Shown here in pieces: positions 40,752 to 49,625 of a stretch of DNA of 49,625 nucleotides (within the stretch, counting starts at the first letter, position 1; each line of letters opens with the position of its first letter). Made by a program: the position numbers and the translations under genes. Location of the stretch: the sequence record SRR31156797_6140; one strand, 5' to 3'. Below the pieces are notes generated by a model, which saw only the letters and a list, made by a program, of their open reading frames with translations, did not search any database and had not been told where the DNA came from.

Positions 40752-41627
40752 ATGATAAAGTCAATGACAGGCTTTGGTAAAGCCACTTGCGAACTTCCAA
40801 ATAAGAAAATAAGTATTGAAATTAAATCTTTAAACAGCAAGCAATTAGATGTTAACATGCGCTTACCTAACATCTATCGCGAAAAAGATTTAGTGCTTAG
40901 AAATGAGCTGGCTAATAAGCTGGGAAGAGGTAAGGTAGATGTTGGTTTTTATGTAGATTTTTTAGGTGCTGAAAAAAATGCTTCTATAAACGCACAAGTG
41001 TTAGAAACTTATTATGAACAAATTGTGCCTATATCAGATAAGCTGGGTTTAACTGAGAAAACGGATATTTTAAGAGCTATTATGCCTTTACCTGATACCG
41101 TTAAAATTGAACAAGCCGAATTAGATGAAGAAGAATGGAAAAGCATTTTTGAAACTTTCCAAAAATCATTAAGCTGTTTAAATGATTTCAGAATTCAGGA
41201 AGGGAAAGTTTTAAAAGAAGATATTATTAAAAGGATTGAACATATCAGAAGCTTATCTGAACAAGTAGTGCCTTTTGAAAAAGAGCGTATTGAAAAAGTA
41301 AGAAAGCGTATTCTGGATCAACTGCAGGAAGTAAAAGATAAAGTAAACATGGATCAAAACCGTTTTGAACAGGAAATGATCTTTTATCTTGAAAAGCTTG
41401 ATATTACCGAAGAAAAAGTGCGCCTTTCTAATCACCTAAATTACTTTATAGAGACAGTTGAAACAGAAGATATGGTGGGTAAAAAATTAGGTTTCATTAC
41501 GCAGGAGATTGGTAGAGAAATAAACACCATGGGTTCAAAAGCCAACCATTCAGAAATTCAGAAGTTAGTGATTCAAATGAAAGATGAACTGGAAAAAATT
41601 AAAGAACAAAACCTGAATATTCTTTAG
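40752..41627 (+). CDS. yicC: YicC/YloC family endoribonuclease
   Basis: MIKSMTGFG, EIKSLNSK, DITEE..RL..H, GKKLGF..QE..REINT.GSK; TAACTTTG promoter at 40719-40726. Confidence 0.95.
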   Translation: MIKSMTGFGKATCELPNKKISIEIKSLNSKQLDVNMRLPNIYREKDLVLRNELANKLGRGKVDVGFYVDFLGAEKNASINAQVLETYYEQIVPISDKLGLTEKTDILRAIMPLPDTVKIEQAELDEEEWKSIFETFQKSLSCLNDFRIQEGKVLKEDIIKRIEHIRSLSEQVVPFEKERIEKVRKRILDQLQEVKDKVNMDQNRFEQEMIFYLEKLDITEEKVRLSNHLNYFIETVETEDMVGKKLGFITQEIGREINTMGSKANHSEIQKLVIQMKDELEKIKEQNLNIL

Positions 41628-41669
41628 TTTTCACCTTTCCGTAAATTCGTTTATTATTGCTTTATTATC

Positions 41670-42242
41670 ATGTCGAAAACAGGTAAGCTTATTATATTTT
41701 CAGCTCCATCAGGATCAGGAAAAACTACCATCGTAAAAGATTTACTAAACAAAGAATACCAAATGGAGTTCTCAATTTCTGCCACTACAAGGGCTCCAAG
41801 AGGAAAAGAAAAACACGGTGTTGATTACTATTTCTTAAGCCCTGATGAATTTCGTGAAAAAATTAAACAGGATGAGTTGCTGGAATGGGAAGAAGTATAC
41901 ACCGATAAATATTACGGAACCCTAAAAAGTGAGGTGGAAAGAATTACATCAAAAGGAAATAACATTGTTTTTGATGTAGATGTGGTAGGCGGTTTAAACA
42001 TCAAAAAAATGTATGGAGAACGTGCTGTTGCTATCTTTATACAGGCACCTTCTTTGGAAGAGTTAAAAAGTCGATTGACAGGCAGAGGAACCGATTCACC
42101 GGAAGTGATTCAACAAAGGTTAGATAAAGCCGAAGAAGAATTAACCTACGCTAAAGATTTCGATCATATTGTGGTGAACAATGATTTAGATACTGCTATT
42201 GCTGACACTGAAAAAATTTTGCAGGAGTTTTTAAATGGATAA
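41670..42242 (+). CDS. gmk: Guanylate kinase
   Basis: SAPSGSGKTT, SATTRAPR..E..GVDYYF and YYGT motifs. Confidence 0.97.
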   Translation: MSKTGKLIIFSAPSGSGKTTIVKDLLNKEYQMEFSISATTRAPRGKEKHGVDYYFLSPDEFREKIKQDELLEWEEVYTDKYYGTLKSEVERITSKGNNIVFDVDVVGGLNIKKMYGERAVAIFIQAPSLEELKSRLTGRGTDSPEVIQQRLDKAEEELTYAKDFDHIVVNNDLDTAIADTEKILQEFLNG

Positions 42243-42819
42243 TCCAATTGAAATAGGATTGTATTTTGGATCGTTTAATCCAGTTCACAAAGGGCACATT
42301 TCTCTTGCCGATTATATCACAAAGCATAGTTCTATTCAAGAGGTTTGGTTTATTGTAAGTCCTCAGAATCCATTTAAAATGGCTAGTGAATTGGCCGACT
42401 CTGAGCATCGATTGCAAATGCTACAACTTAGTATCTCTTCGTATCAAAATTTAAAAGCTTGTGATATTGAGTTGAATCTTCCAACTCCATCTTATACCTA
42501 CAAAACTCTTCGCGAATTAAGAGCGAAATACCCAAATAATCGTTTCTCGGTAATTATGGGAGCCGATAATTTACCTTATCTAGACCGTTGGAGAAATGCA
42601 GATGAAATTTTAAATCAGCATTCTTTTATTATTTATCCCAGACCAGGATATACAATAGATTCAAAGTTTATTAAAGAAAATATAGAATCCATTGATGCAC
42701 CTATATTTGATTATGATTCTACCAGCATAAGGGAAAAAATAAAACTCGGAGAAAGCATTGATGAGTTAATTCCACAAGGCGCGTACAATTATATCTGCGA
42801 TCATAAACTTTATCAGTAA
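42235..42819 (+). CDS. nadD: Nicotinate-nucleotide adenylyltransferase
   Basis: FGSFNPVHKGH, SPQNPFK, PSYT, MGADN and STSIR motifs. Confidence 0.95.
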   Translation: MDNPIEIGLYFGSFNPVHKGHISLADYITKHSSIQEVWFIVSPQNPFKMASELADSEHRLQMLQLSISSYQNLKACDIELNLPTPSYTYKTLRELRAKYPNNRFSVIMGADNLPYLDRWRNADEILNQHSFIIYPRPGYTIDSKFIKENIESIDAPIFDYDSTSIREKIKLGESIDELIPQGAYNYICDHKLYQ

Positions 42820-42902
42820 ACCTATCTTATCTTCAGGTTTTACAACTGAACTATTACCATATTCAATTGTCATAATTACTCATTATTTATTGAGTTGTTG
42901 AT

Positions 42903-43676
42903 ATGGATTTACAAATTAAAAATCAATATTTTTTAGTCTGTGGTGTAAGCAGTGGTTTTGGAAAAGAAACCGCACAACATTTGATTAACGAAGGTGCTTA
43001 TGTTATAGGTGTTGCTCGTGGACAAAATAAGTTGAATGAATTAAAAGAAACCTGGGGAACTTCATTTATTCCAATGCAAGGAGATATTACCGAAGAAGAG
43101 ACAGTTAAAAGGGTTTGCCAAGCAGCTATCAAACACCAAATATCCGGAGCATTTATAAATGCAGGAGGTCCACCCGCAATGCAGTTTTTAGAAACAAGTA
43201 TTCAAGACTGGGACAATGCATATCATTCCTTAGTACGTTGGAAAGTACAATTAACCCAACAATTGGTTCCTTATTTTAAACAGAAGCAATACGGAAAAGT
43301 CGTTTACCTCGAAAGTGCATCGGTAAAACAACCTATTACTAATTTAGTACTTAGCACTTCTTTACGTCTGTCTGTTGTTGGTATGATGAAAACCCTATCG
43401 CAAGAATTAGCAGGAAATGGGATCACTTTTAATATGATTGGACCTGGAATGCACGATACGCTGGCTATTGATCGTTTAATTCAAAAATCGACAGAACAAC
43501 AGGAAATTCCATTTGATGAAGCGAAAGCTCAATTTATTGATCAATTACCTACAAAAAAAATGGGTTCACCTAGTCATCTTGGAAGCTTGGCTGCCTGGCT
43601 ACTTTCTCCATTATCAAGTTTTGTTAATGGACAGGTTTATGCCGTTGAAGGAGGTACAGTAAAAGGTACGCTATAA
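42903..43676 (+). CDS. SDR family oxidoreductase
   Basis: GVSSGFG Rossmann motif, NAGGPP, VKQP..NLVLS and GQVYAVEGG. Confidence 0.9.
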   Translation: MDLQIKNQYFLVCGVSSGFGKETAQHLINEGAYVIGVARGQNKLNELKETWGTSFIPMQGDITEEETVKRVCQAAIKHQISGAFINAGGPPAMQFLETSIQDWDNAYHSLVRWKVQLTQQLVPYFKQKQYGKVVYLESASVKQPITNLVLSTSLRLSVVGMMKTLSQELAGNGITFNMIGPGMHDTLAIDRLIQKSTEQQEIPFDEAKAQFIDQLPTKKMGSPSHLGSLAAWLLSPLSSFVNGQVYAVEGGTVKGTL

Positions 43677-43686
43677 TACTTTATAA

Positions 43687-43723
43687 AATAAAAAAGACTG
43701 CCCTCAAAGCAGTCTTTTTTATT
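43687..43723. terminator. Bidirectional terminator between SDR and SulP
   Basis: AATAAAAAAGACTGC-cctcaaa-GCAGTCTTTTTTATT. Confidence 0.9.
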
Positions 43724-43729
43724 ATTCTT

Positions 43730-45370
43730 TTATTTAAATTTCTCCGGATTGGCAGCAACATAGTACCTCGGATCATCTATATCTCTTAAAATCTTTGACT
43801 CTAAATTTGGATCTGCTTTTACTAATAACTTAATACAATCCTCGCTTAAATGCTTTAAAGTTACTTTTTTATCTTCCTTATCGTATTTATCAATTAAGCT
43901 TGTAATAGCTTCAACGCCTGAAACATCAGATACTCTTGACTCAAGAAAATCGATTTCAATATTTTCAGGATCTCCTTTGATATCAAACTTTTCATTGAAT
44001 TCAGTAGTTGATCCAAAGAATAGAGGTCCCCAAATCTCGTAGATTGCTTTGTCCTCTTCTTTAATTCTTCTTTTTCTGGCACTAATACGTTTAGCACTTT
44101 GCCAAGAGAAAACCAAAGCTGAAATAATAACTCCAACGAATACTGCTATGGCTAAATCAAAAATAACGGTTACAGCAGAAACTACAACCAATACCACGGC
44201 ATCTCCAATTGGAATTTTATTTAAAATACGTAAGCTCGACCATGCAAATGTTTCAATTACCATTACAAACATAACTCCAATCAATGCAGCAATAGGTACC
44301 TGCTCAATATATTTATCGGCAAAAAGTATAAATATTAATAAGGTTACTGCCATGGTAATTCCTGACAATTTACCTCTACCATTTGAGTTAATATTGATAA
44401 CTGTTTGACCAATCATACCGCAACCACCAGTACCTCCAAATAAACCACTTAACATATTTCCGGCACCCTGTGCGATACATTCCCGGTTTCCATTTCCTCT
44501 GGTTTCGGTTAATTCATCTACCAGGTTCATTGTCATTAATGATTCAATTAAACCAACAGATGCAGCTAGGAATGCATAAGGAAGAATAAATTTTAAGGTA
44601 TCTAAATTAAATGGCAAATTCGACCACAGCTCCTGATTTGGCGTTGGAAATTTTCCTTTTAAACCTTCGCCTCCTCCTTCTCTGATATAAGACCCCACTG
44701 TAGCGACATCTATATCAGCGAAAATTACAACTAAGGTAGTAATTAAGATAGCCGTTAATGCAGCAGGAAGTTTAGTAGTAATTTTAGGTAATAACAGTAT
44801 TATGGCCATGGTAAAAAGAACTAAACCAATCATGGTAAATAATTCAGAACCATGCATCCATACATCTAAGTAACTTTTTAGTCCATCGGCAGAAACAACC
44901 AGCTGTTTGTGTGTAAACATTTTTATCTGAGCCCAGAAAATAACAATGGCTAAACCATTAACAAATCCAAGCATCACGGGATGAGGTATTAATCGAATAA
45001 ATTTACCAAGTTTAAATACTCCGGCTAATATCTGAATAACACCCATTAAAATAACCGCTCCCAGTAAATAAAAGTAGCCCATATTTTCTATAGGTACATC
45101 AAATGACATCCCTTTGGCGTGTCCTTCAGCAATTAAGTGAACAAAAATAACAGCTACGGCTCCTGCGGCTCCGGAAATCAATCCTGGTCTTCCACCAAAG
45201 ATAGCTGAGATTAATCCAATAATAAAAGCTCCTGATAAGGCAACTAAAGGATCTATTCTGGCCACAAAAGCAAATGCTACAACCTCAGGTATCATTGCCA
45301 ATGAAACAGTCATCCCCGCCAACAAATCATTTTTCGCGCTAGCAGTCGTTTTCCTTATAATTTCAAACAT
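43730..45370 (-). CDS. SulP family inorganic anion transporter with STAS domain
   Basis: GGRPGLISGAAGA, GLIESLMT, GGCGMIGQT and GPLFFGS motifs. Confidence 0.95.
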   Translation of the reverse strand: MFEIIRKTTASAKNDLLAGMTVSLAMIPEVVAFAFVARIDPLVALSGAFIIGLISAIFGGRPGLISGAAGAVAVIFVHLIAEGHAKGMSFDVPIENMGYFYLLGAVILMGVIQILAGVFKLGKFIRLIPHPVMLGFVNGLAIVIFWAQIKMFTHKQLVVSADGLKSYLDVWMHGSELFTMIGLVLFTMAIILLLPKITTKLPAALTAILITTLVVIFADIDVATVGSYIREGGGEGLKGKFPTPNQELWSNLPFNLDTLKFILPYAFLAASVGLIESLMTMNLVDELTETRGNGNRECIAQGAGNMLSGLFGGTGGCGMIGQTVININSNGRGKLSGITMAVTLLIFILFADKYIEQVPIAALIGVMFVMVIETFAWSSLRILNKIPIGDAVVLVVVSAVTVIFDLAIAVFVGVIISALVFSWQSAKRISARKRRIKEEDKAIYEIWGPLFFGSTTEFNEKFDIKGDPENIEIDFLESRVSDVSGVEAITSLIDKYDKEDKKVTLKHLSEDCIKLLVKADPNLESKILRDIDDPRYYVAANPEKFK

Positions 45371-45630
45371 ATTTAGTACTATTAGTTACTTTTCGTAAAA
45401 AAACAACAAAAATAGACCTTGAAATCGTGCTGTGCAAACCTACATAGTAAAGGTATTATAATAATGTTGAAATAAAGGCTCTATTAATTATATAACTCAC
45501 TGGCTACATGAGCAGTAAATACAAATTGTTAAAAGGGGTTAAAATATGGACTTTTTAATAATCTAACTTTCGTAAGTAATTAAAAATCTATTGTTTTTGA
45601 AATCTACACAAACTAGAAATCATTTTTTTA

Positions 45631-46002
45631 CTACCGATTCCACAACCAGATAATTCGATCATAAGAAATGGCATAATGAATAAAAATGGCAATCAAAAAT
45701 ACAAGACTCACATTCTTATAGCTAAGCGTATATGCACAACATACTCCAAATCCTAAAATAATCAATTCAAGCAATAAACGAATAATTCCCTTTGTTATAA
45801 CAGGAGCTGATCCAGAACGACTTGGATCACCGGGAACATTAAACACTCCCCAAATTACAGCCATAACTAAAGGGACGACTATACTTAATAAGTATTTGAA
45901 AATTATATGATCAGAGAGTTTCCATGCCCATACTCCGCTAAACACAAGCGCAAGAATTTCTAGCATAAATCTTACAATTAAATTAACAGGATGTAATGAC
46001 AT
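45631..46002 (-). CDS. YrdB (DUF2568) family membrane protein
   Basis: NLIVRFMLE, WGVFNVP and RLLLEL motifs; four TMs. Confidence 0.75.
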   Translation of the reverse strand: MSLHPVNLIVRFMLEILALVFSGVWAWKLSDHIIFKYLLSIVVPLVMAVIWGVFNVPGDPSRSGSAPVITKGIIRLLLELIILGFGVCCAYTLSYKNVSLVFLIAIFIHYAISYDRIIWLWNR

Positions 46003-46070
46003 AGGCTTTATTTCAGATAACTCAGCAAGAAAGAAAAAGTTTAGAATTAGGTAAACACCTATCTTTTTAT

Positions 46071-46102
46071 AAAAAAAAGAGATTGCCTACCTGACAATCT
46101 CT
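46071..46102 (-). terminator. Terminator after the GH16 gene
   Basis: Minus strand AGAGATTGTC-aggta-GGCAATCTCT followed by a T-run. Confidence 0.8.
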
Positions 46103-46134
46103 CAATCTATATTATAACAGGACTTATTAGAATT

Positions 46135-46950
46135 TTAGTATGCTACAGTACGACCTACATAAATGTTTCTGGCCTTCATTGTAGTGGTATAAGTCGGACC
46201 AGGCGAACCAGACGAACCTTCCATTTGCATATTAATGATTAACCACATAGGTTTACCTACGAAATTACCGGTATGCATACCTTTCCAAGATCCATCAATA
46301 TAATAATGTATACTAACATTAGTATCATCTGCTTTTGAAATCCAAACCTTGTATTCATGCCATGATCCAGGACTATAAACAGAAGTTTGAATTGTAGAAA
46401 CATCATTCCAGGCTCTAAATGTATTTTGCCAGTTTACACTATTTCCTTTAAACTCCATAATATCACTTTCTGGAGGCCATGTCCAGGCACCGCTTAACCA
46501 AAATGCAGGCCAGGTTCCGGTTGCTGTTGGAACCTGAAATTCACCTTTTACCTCATAATTTGGATATTGATCATTTATTAAAACCTGATGCTTTGCATGG
46601 ATAGCTCCAGAATGATAATTAATAGCTAAATATGGGTCTGCAGAACTATTACCTTCATCCCAGGTAATTTTATTTGCTGTAATGGTTAAAACACCATTAT
46701 TAGGATAAACATGATCAGGGTAGCCATACATTCTGGCTGAACCGTTATGATCTCGTCCCCATGGATAATAATAATTCCAGTAGGTTTCAAATGTTGCTTT
46801 ATCTGCAAATGTACTTGTTCCAATTACAGTTTCCCAGGTAGATTTTAGCTTGGCATCACCAGGTTGTTCTTTAGTAATAATTTCTTCTTGCTCACAACTT
46901 ATAGCAAATAATGCTACACTCATGAACAAAATGTACGAGATTTTTTTCAT
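46135..46950 (-). CDS. Glycoside hydrolase family 16 lipoprotein (possible endo-beta-1,3-galactanase)
   Basis: AISC lipobox; GTWPAFWL..WPPESDIME (ExDxxE); WHEY..W; YIDG. Confidence 0.85.
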   Translation of the reverse strand: MKKISYILFMSVALFAISCEQEEIITKEQPGDAKLKSTWETVIGTSTFADKATFETYWNYYYPWGRDHNGSARMYGYPDHVYPNNGVLTITANKITWDEGNSSADPYLAINYHSGAIHAKHQVLINDQYPNYEVKGEFQVPTATGTWPAFWLSGAWTWPPESDIMEFKGNSVNWQNTFRAWNDVSTIQTSVYSPGSWHEYKVWISKADDTNVSIHYYIDGSWKGMHTGNFVGKPMWLIINMQMEGSSGSPGPTYTTTMKARNIYVGRTVAY

Positions 46951-47300
46951 TTCAATAATTTTAATTTAATTAATATATATCCTGTTTATAATATATTTCA
47001 AAATAATCCAGCATATTCATTGAATTAACCAACTATTTTCCAATCACAAAATCAACAATTACAATATATTATGACTTTACTATCTTAATCTCAACAGACT
47101 CAATCAATAATCATTGACTTAATAAAAGTATTTAATTAAAAAACTCATTACTATTAAACATTCTACGATTACTATAAAAAATTCTACTACTAAAACTCAT
47201 AAGAACATGAGATAATTATTAAAAAATATAATAAAACACTTATTGGAATAGTATTAGAAATTAGCATCATAGAACTAAAACAGTAAATGATTGATTCTAT

Positions 47301-47333
47301 AAAAAAAAGAGGAAAATGAAAATCATCTTCCTC
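47301..47333 (-). terminator. Terminator after the C69 peptidase gene
   Basis: Minus strand GAGGAAGATGA-ttt-TCATTTTCCTC followed by T8. Confidence 0.8.
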
Positions 47334-47358
47334 CGCTATAATTAAATGTTCCTATTTT

Positions 47359-49029
47359 TTAATGAGTAGATTCCTCTCCGGGAAGTTTTTTCATTTTTAA
47401 TTTATCACCGGTTTCATCTGCAATTTTCTGATAGAATTCTTTACTATAACCAGGGAATTCAGCATGATGAGGATTTCCATGTTCATTTTTAAGAAATACA
47501 CCGTTCTCTTCTTTGTGAAGGTTACCATCTAAGTATTTTACCATCAGAAATTCATCTAAATTCTTCCAGGCATTAAACGTAATGTGACTTTGTTCTAGAG
47601 AATACTCGGTTAAAAATGCTTTGGCTTTTTCCGGATCTAATTTGTACAAATGGCTTGCTGCCTGATCAATCACCGGGCTATAGTCTTCAAATTTGTCCTC
47701 AAGCTTTTGCTGTACTTTTTTAATGTCCTGAATCATCATATTATATCTGCCATAAGCCTGATTGGATACACGATTAAAAATCCAGAAGGCAGAAGAGGAA
47801 GAATACTCCAGTAAGCTACCATTACCTTCAGCAAATTCGTGAGGAATGGCATCAATTCCACAGTAAATCGGAACATATACAGAGCTGGCAGCATCATCAA
47901 CGCCAAACCACAAAACACCACCAATAGGATCATCTAAAAAGCTACGCAATTGGGCAATGAATGAAAATCCGGTTTGCTGCGTGGCAATCGCTCTTTCGTT
48001 AAAGTATTCAACGGTGTCTACCTTCCATGTTAATGGTCTGAAACGATACGGACGGCCAAATGATCCGGCACCGGCATCCTGTGTCATATCCATTGAAGTG
48101 CCTTCGAAATGGTCGCGCATAATGTTTTGTAAATCGCGGTACGAAATTAGCTTCGAAGGTTTAATCCAAAGCGGAAGTCTTTCGGAAGATTCTCCTTTTA
48201 CATAGCCTTCGTATTTGTCCATTTCGGGGTTCATTAATCTAAATCCCGACCAAACACGGGCTTCGCAAAAACGCAAAGCGCCATAATCCAAAGGGGCATA
48301 GGCATCAGCAAAACTAAAGTTTTTCTTTTTGCCTTCGTAATATCCTTTTTCGATGGCAAAGTCAATTACATCGTCAGCATATAAACAATTCTCCGGATCA
48401 TTTAAGGGGAAAGTTGTAATACGAGCCTGGTTGGCATGTCCGGAAACCATTCCATCAGGAATTCTTCGGGCAACCCAAACAGCACCTTTATTGCCTGCGC
48501 CTTTACCAATCATTTCCATAATCCAGGCTTCATTTTTATCCGCAATAGAAAATGATTCGCCCGAACTGTAATAACCATATTCTTCAACTAAATCCGTCAT
48601 TATTTTAATGGCTTCTCTGGCACTTTTAGCTCGTTGCAGTGTAATATATATTAAACTACCATAATCAATAATACCTGTGGTATCTACCAATTCTTTTCTG
48701 CCGCCATAGGTGGTTTCTCCAATGGCAACCTGAAACTCATTGATATTACCAATTACCTGATAAGTTTCTTTGGCTTGCTTAATTTTACCAAGGTATTTAC
48801 CTGTGTCCCATTCGTACACATCCAGCATAGCACCTTCAGGCCATTTTTGTGCAGGCCAGTAATATAATTCACCATATAAGTCATGAGAATCTGCCGCATA
48901 AGAAATCATAACGGACTTATCAACGGATGCATTTTTTGTAATAATAAAGTTGGTACAGGCCTGTCCTAATTGAGGAAATATCAGGCCTAGCCCCATTGTT
49001 AATAATAGTAAAGCCTTTGTTTTGTTCAT
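47359..49029 (-). CDS. C69 family dipeptidase (Ntn hydrolase), secreted
   Basis: Signal peptide MNKTKALLL..GQA then N-terminal nucleophile CTNF; NEFQVAIGETT, YGYYSSGESF, HANQARI. The true start is probably 49029, not 49437. Confidence 0.9.
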   Translation of the reverse strand: MNKTKALLLLTMGLGLIFPQLGQACTNFIITKNASVDKSVMISYAADSHDLYGELYYWPAQKWPEGAMLDVYEWDTGKYLGKIKQAKETYQVIGNINEFQVAIGETTYGGRKELVDTTGIIDYGSLIYITLQRAKSAREAIKIMTDLVEEYGYYSSGESFSIADKNEAWIMEMIGKGAGNKGAVWVARRIPDGMVSGHANQARITTFPLNDPENCLYADDVIDFAIEKGYYEGKKKNFSFADAYAPLDYGALRFCEARVWSGFRLMNPEMDKYEGYVKGESSERLPLWIKPSKLISYRDLQNIMRDHFEGTSMDMTQDAGAGSFGRPYRFRPLTWKVDTVEYFNERAIATQQTGFSFIAQLRSFLDDPIGGVLWFGVDDAASSVYVPIYCGIDAIPHEFAEGNGSLLEYSSSSAFWIFNRVSNQAYGRYNMMIQDIKKVQQKLEDKFEDYSPVIDQAASHLYKLDPEKAKAFLTEYSLEQSHITFNAWKNLDEFLMVKYLDGNLHKEENGVFLKNEHGNPHHAEFPGYSKEFYQKIADETGDKLKMKKLPGEESTH

Positions 49030-49286
49030 AAAATCATATTTAAGTTGATTGAATATATAGTGTTGTAACAAAAATATATTTTTTGTGATAATGACTATAG
49101 GAGATTCATCATGTATTGTATATTGATTTACAAAATCATATAACTGTATTTTTTTTTTAAGTCGTTTGTGACGTTTTTTTTCAAGCTTACTTGTCTTTCG
49201 TATTTCTTTACGCTCTGTAGGTTTTTCCGTATATTGAGCGTTTATTGAAATGGGAAAAATTCTTTTTTCATCATTAAGAACGAGGT

Positions 49287-49625
49287 ATGAATAGGAGTAA
49301 TTTTGAGATTCGTAAGTATGTGGCGCCGGAAATATTATTCGGAAAAGATGTTCGTCTTCTCGCAGGTCAGTATCTCTGTAATTTTGGGATAGAAAAAGTA
49401 TTAATTGTATCAGATAATACAGTAAGCGAGCAAACATGGTTTAATGATATTATAGAAGAATTAGATGCCAGGGGGATAGAGTCTGTAATGTATAAGTCAG
49501 TTAGTCCAAACCCATTGGAAAGAGAGGTGATGGAAGGTGCAGATATATACAGCAGTAATCATTGTACTGGAATTTTAGCCATAGGCGGAGGTAGTCCTAT
49601 GGATTGTGCAAAAGGAATTGGAATT
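49287..49625 (+). CDS. Iron-containing alcohol dehydrogenase family protein, ErcA-like (runs off the window end)
   Basis: Not in the ORF track. Manual translation MNRSNFEIRKYVAPEILFG..KVLIVSD..VSPNP..AIGGGSPMDCAKGIGI. Confidence 0.85.
   Translation, partial: MNRSNFEIRKYVAPEILFGKDVRLLAGQYLCNFGIEKVLIVSDNTVSEQTWFNDIIEELDARGIESVMYKSVSPNPLEREVMEGADIYSSNHCTGILAIGGGSPMDCAKGIGI

Noticed and set aside
1862-48571. Numerous short antisense or alternate-frame ORFs in the track (e.g. 5016..5306, 25365..25664, 44049..44408)
   Set aside because: Shadows of well-supported genes with no recognisable motifs.
49030-49437. 136-aa N-terminal extension of the C69 peptidase
   Set aside because: It overlaps the divergent Fe-ADH gene, and a clean signal peptide starts at 49029.

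Overview
AT-rich chromosomal window from a Bacteroidota bacterium (TAnnTTTG promoters, a T9SS cargo protein, Bacteroidales-type cbi gene fusions; Marinilabiliales-like by inference). 1-651 is a partial sensor kinase. 0.8-19.5 kb is an anaerobic-route cobalamin locus: cobD-cbiB, a cobalamin riboswitch, then lipoprotein-type cbiK, a TonB receptor, ABC importer, nitrilase-family hydrolase, cbiA, cbiL, cbiHC, cbiET, cbiGF and cbiJD. Next come a secreted multidomain glycan-active protein, lgt and secA, and mostly housekeeping or accessory singletons: M48 protease, rhomboid, MFS, DUF5706-like protein, a FUSC gene split by an in-frame TAG, PAS kinase, a B12-binding MerR/CarH-type regulator with a fasciclin lipoprotein, yicC-gmk-nadD, SDR, SulP, GH16, C69 peptidase and a partial ErcA-like gene. 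The top finding is an unannotated signal-peptide ORF directly upstream of secA ending in RAGP-LFV-stop, a candidate SecM-like ribosome-arrest secretion monitor in Bacteroidota. Also notable are a 41-bp-period array of six dyad sites between convergent terminators, a duplicated candidate operator for the CarH-type regulator, and a long structured element inside the cob operon. All calls are by-eye motif recognition; no searches were run. No tRNA, rRNA, CRISPR array or transposase was seen.
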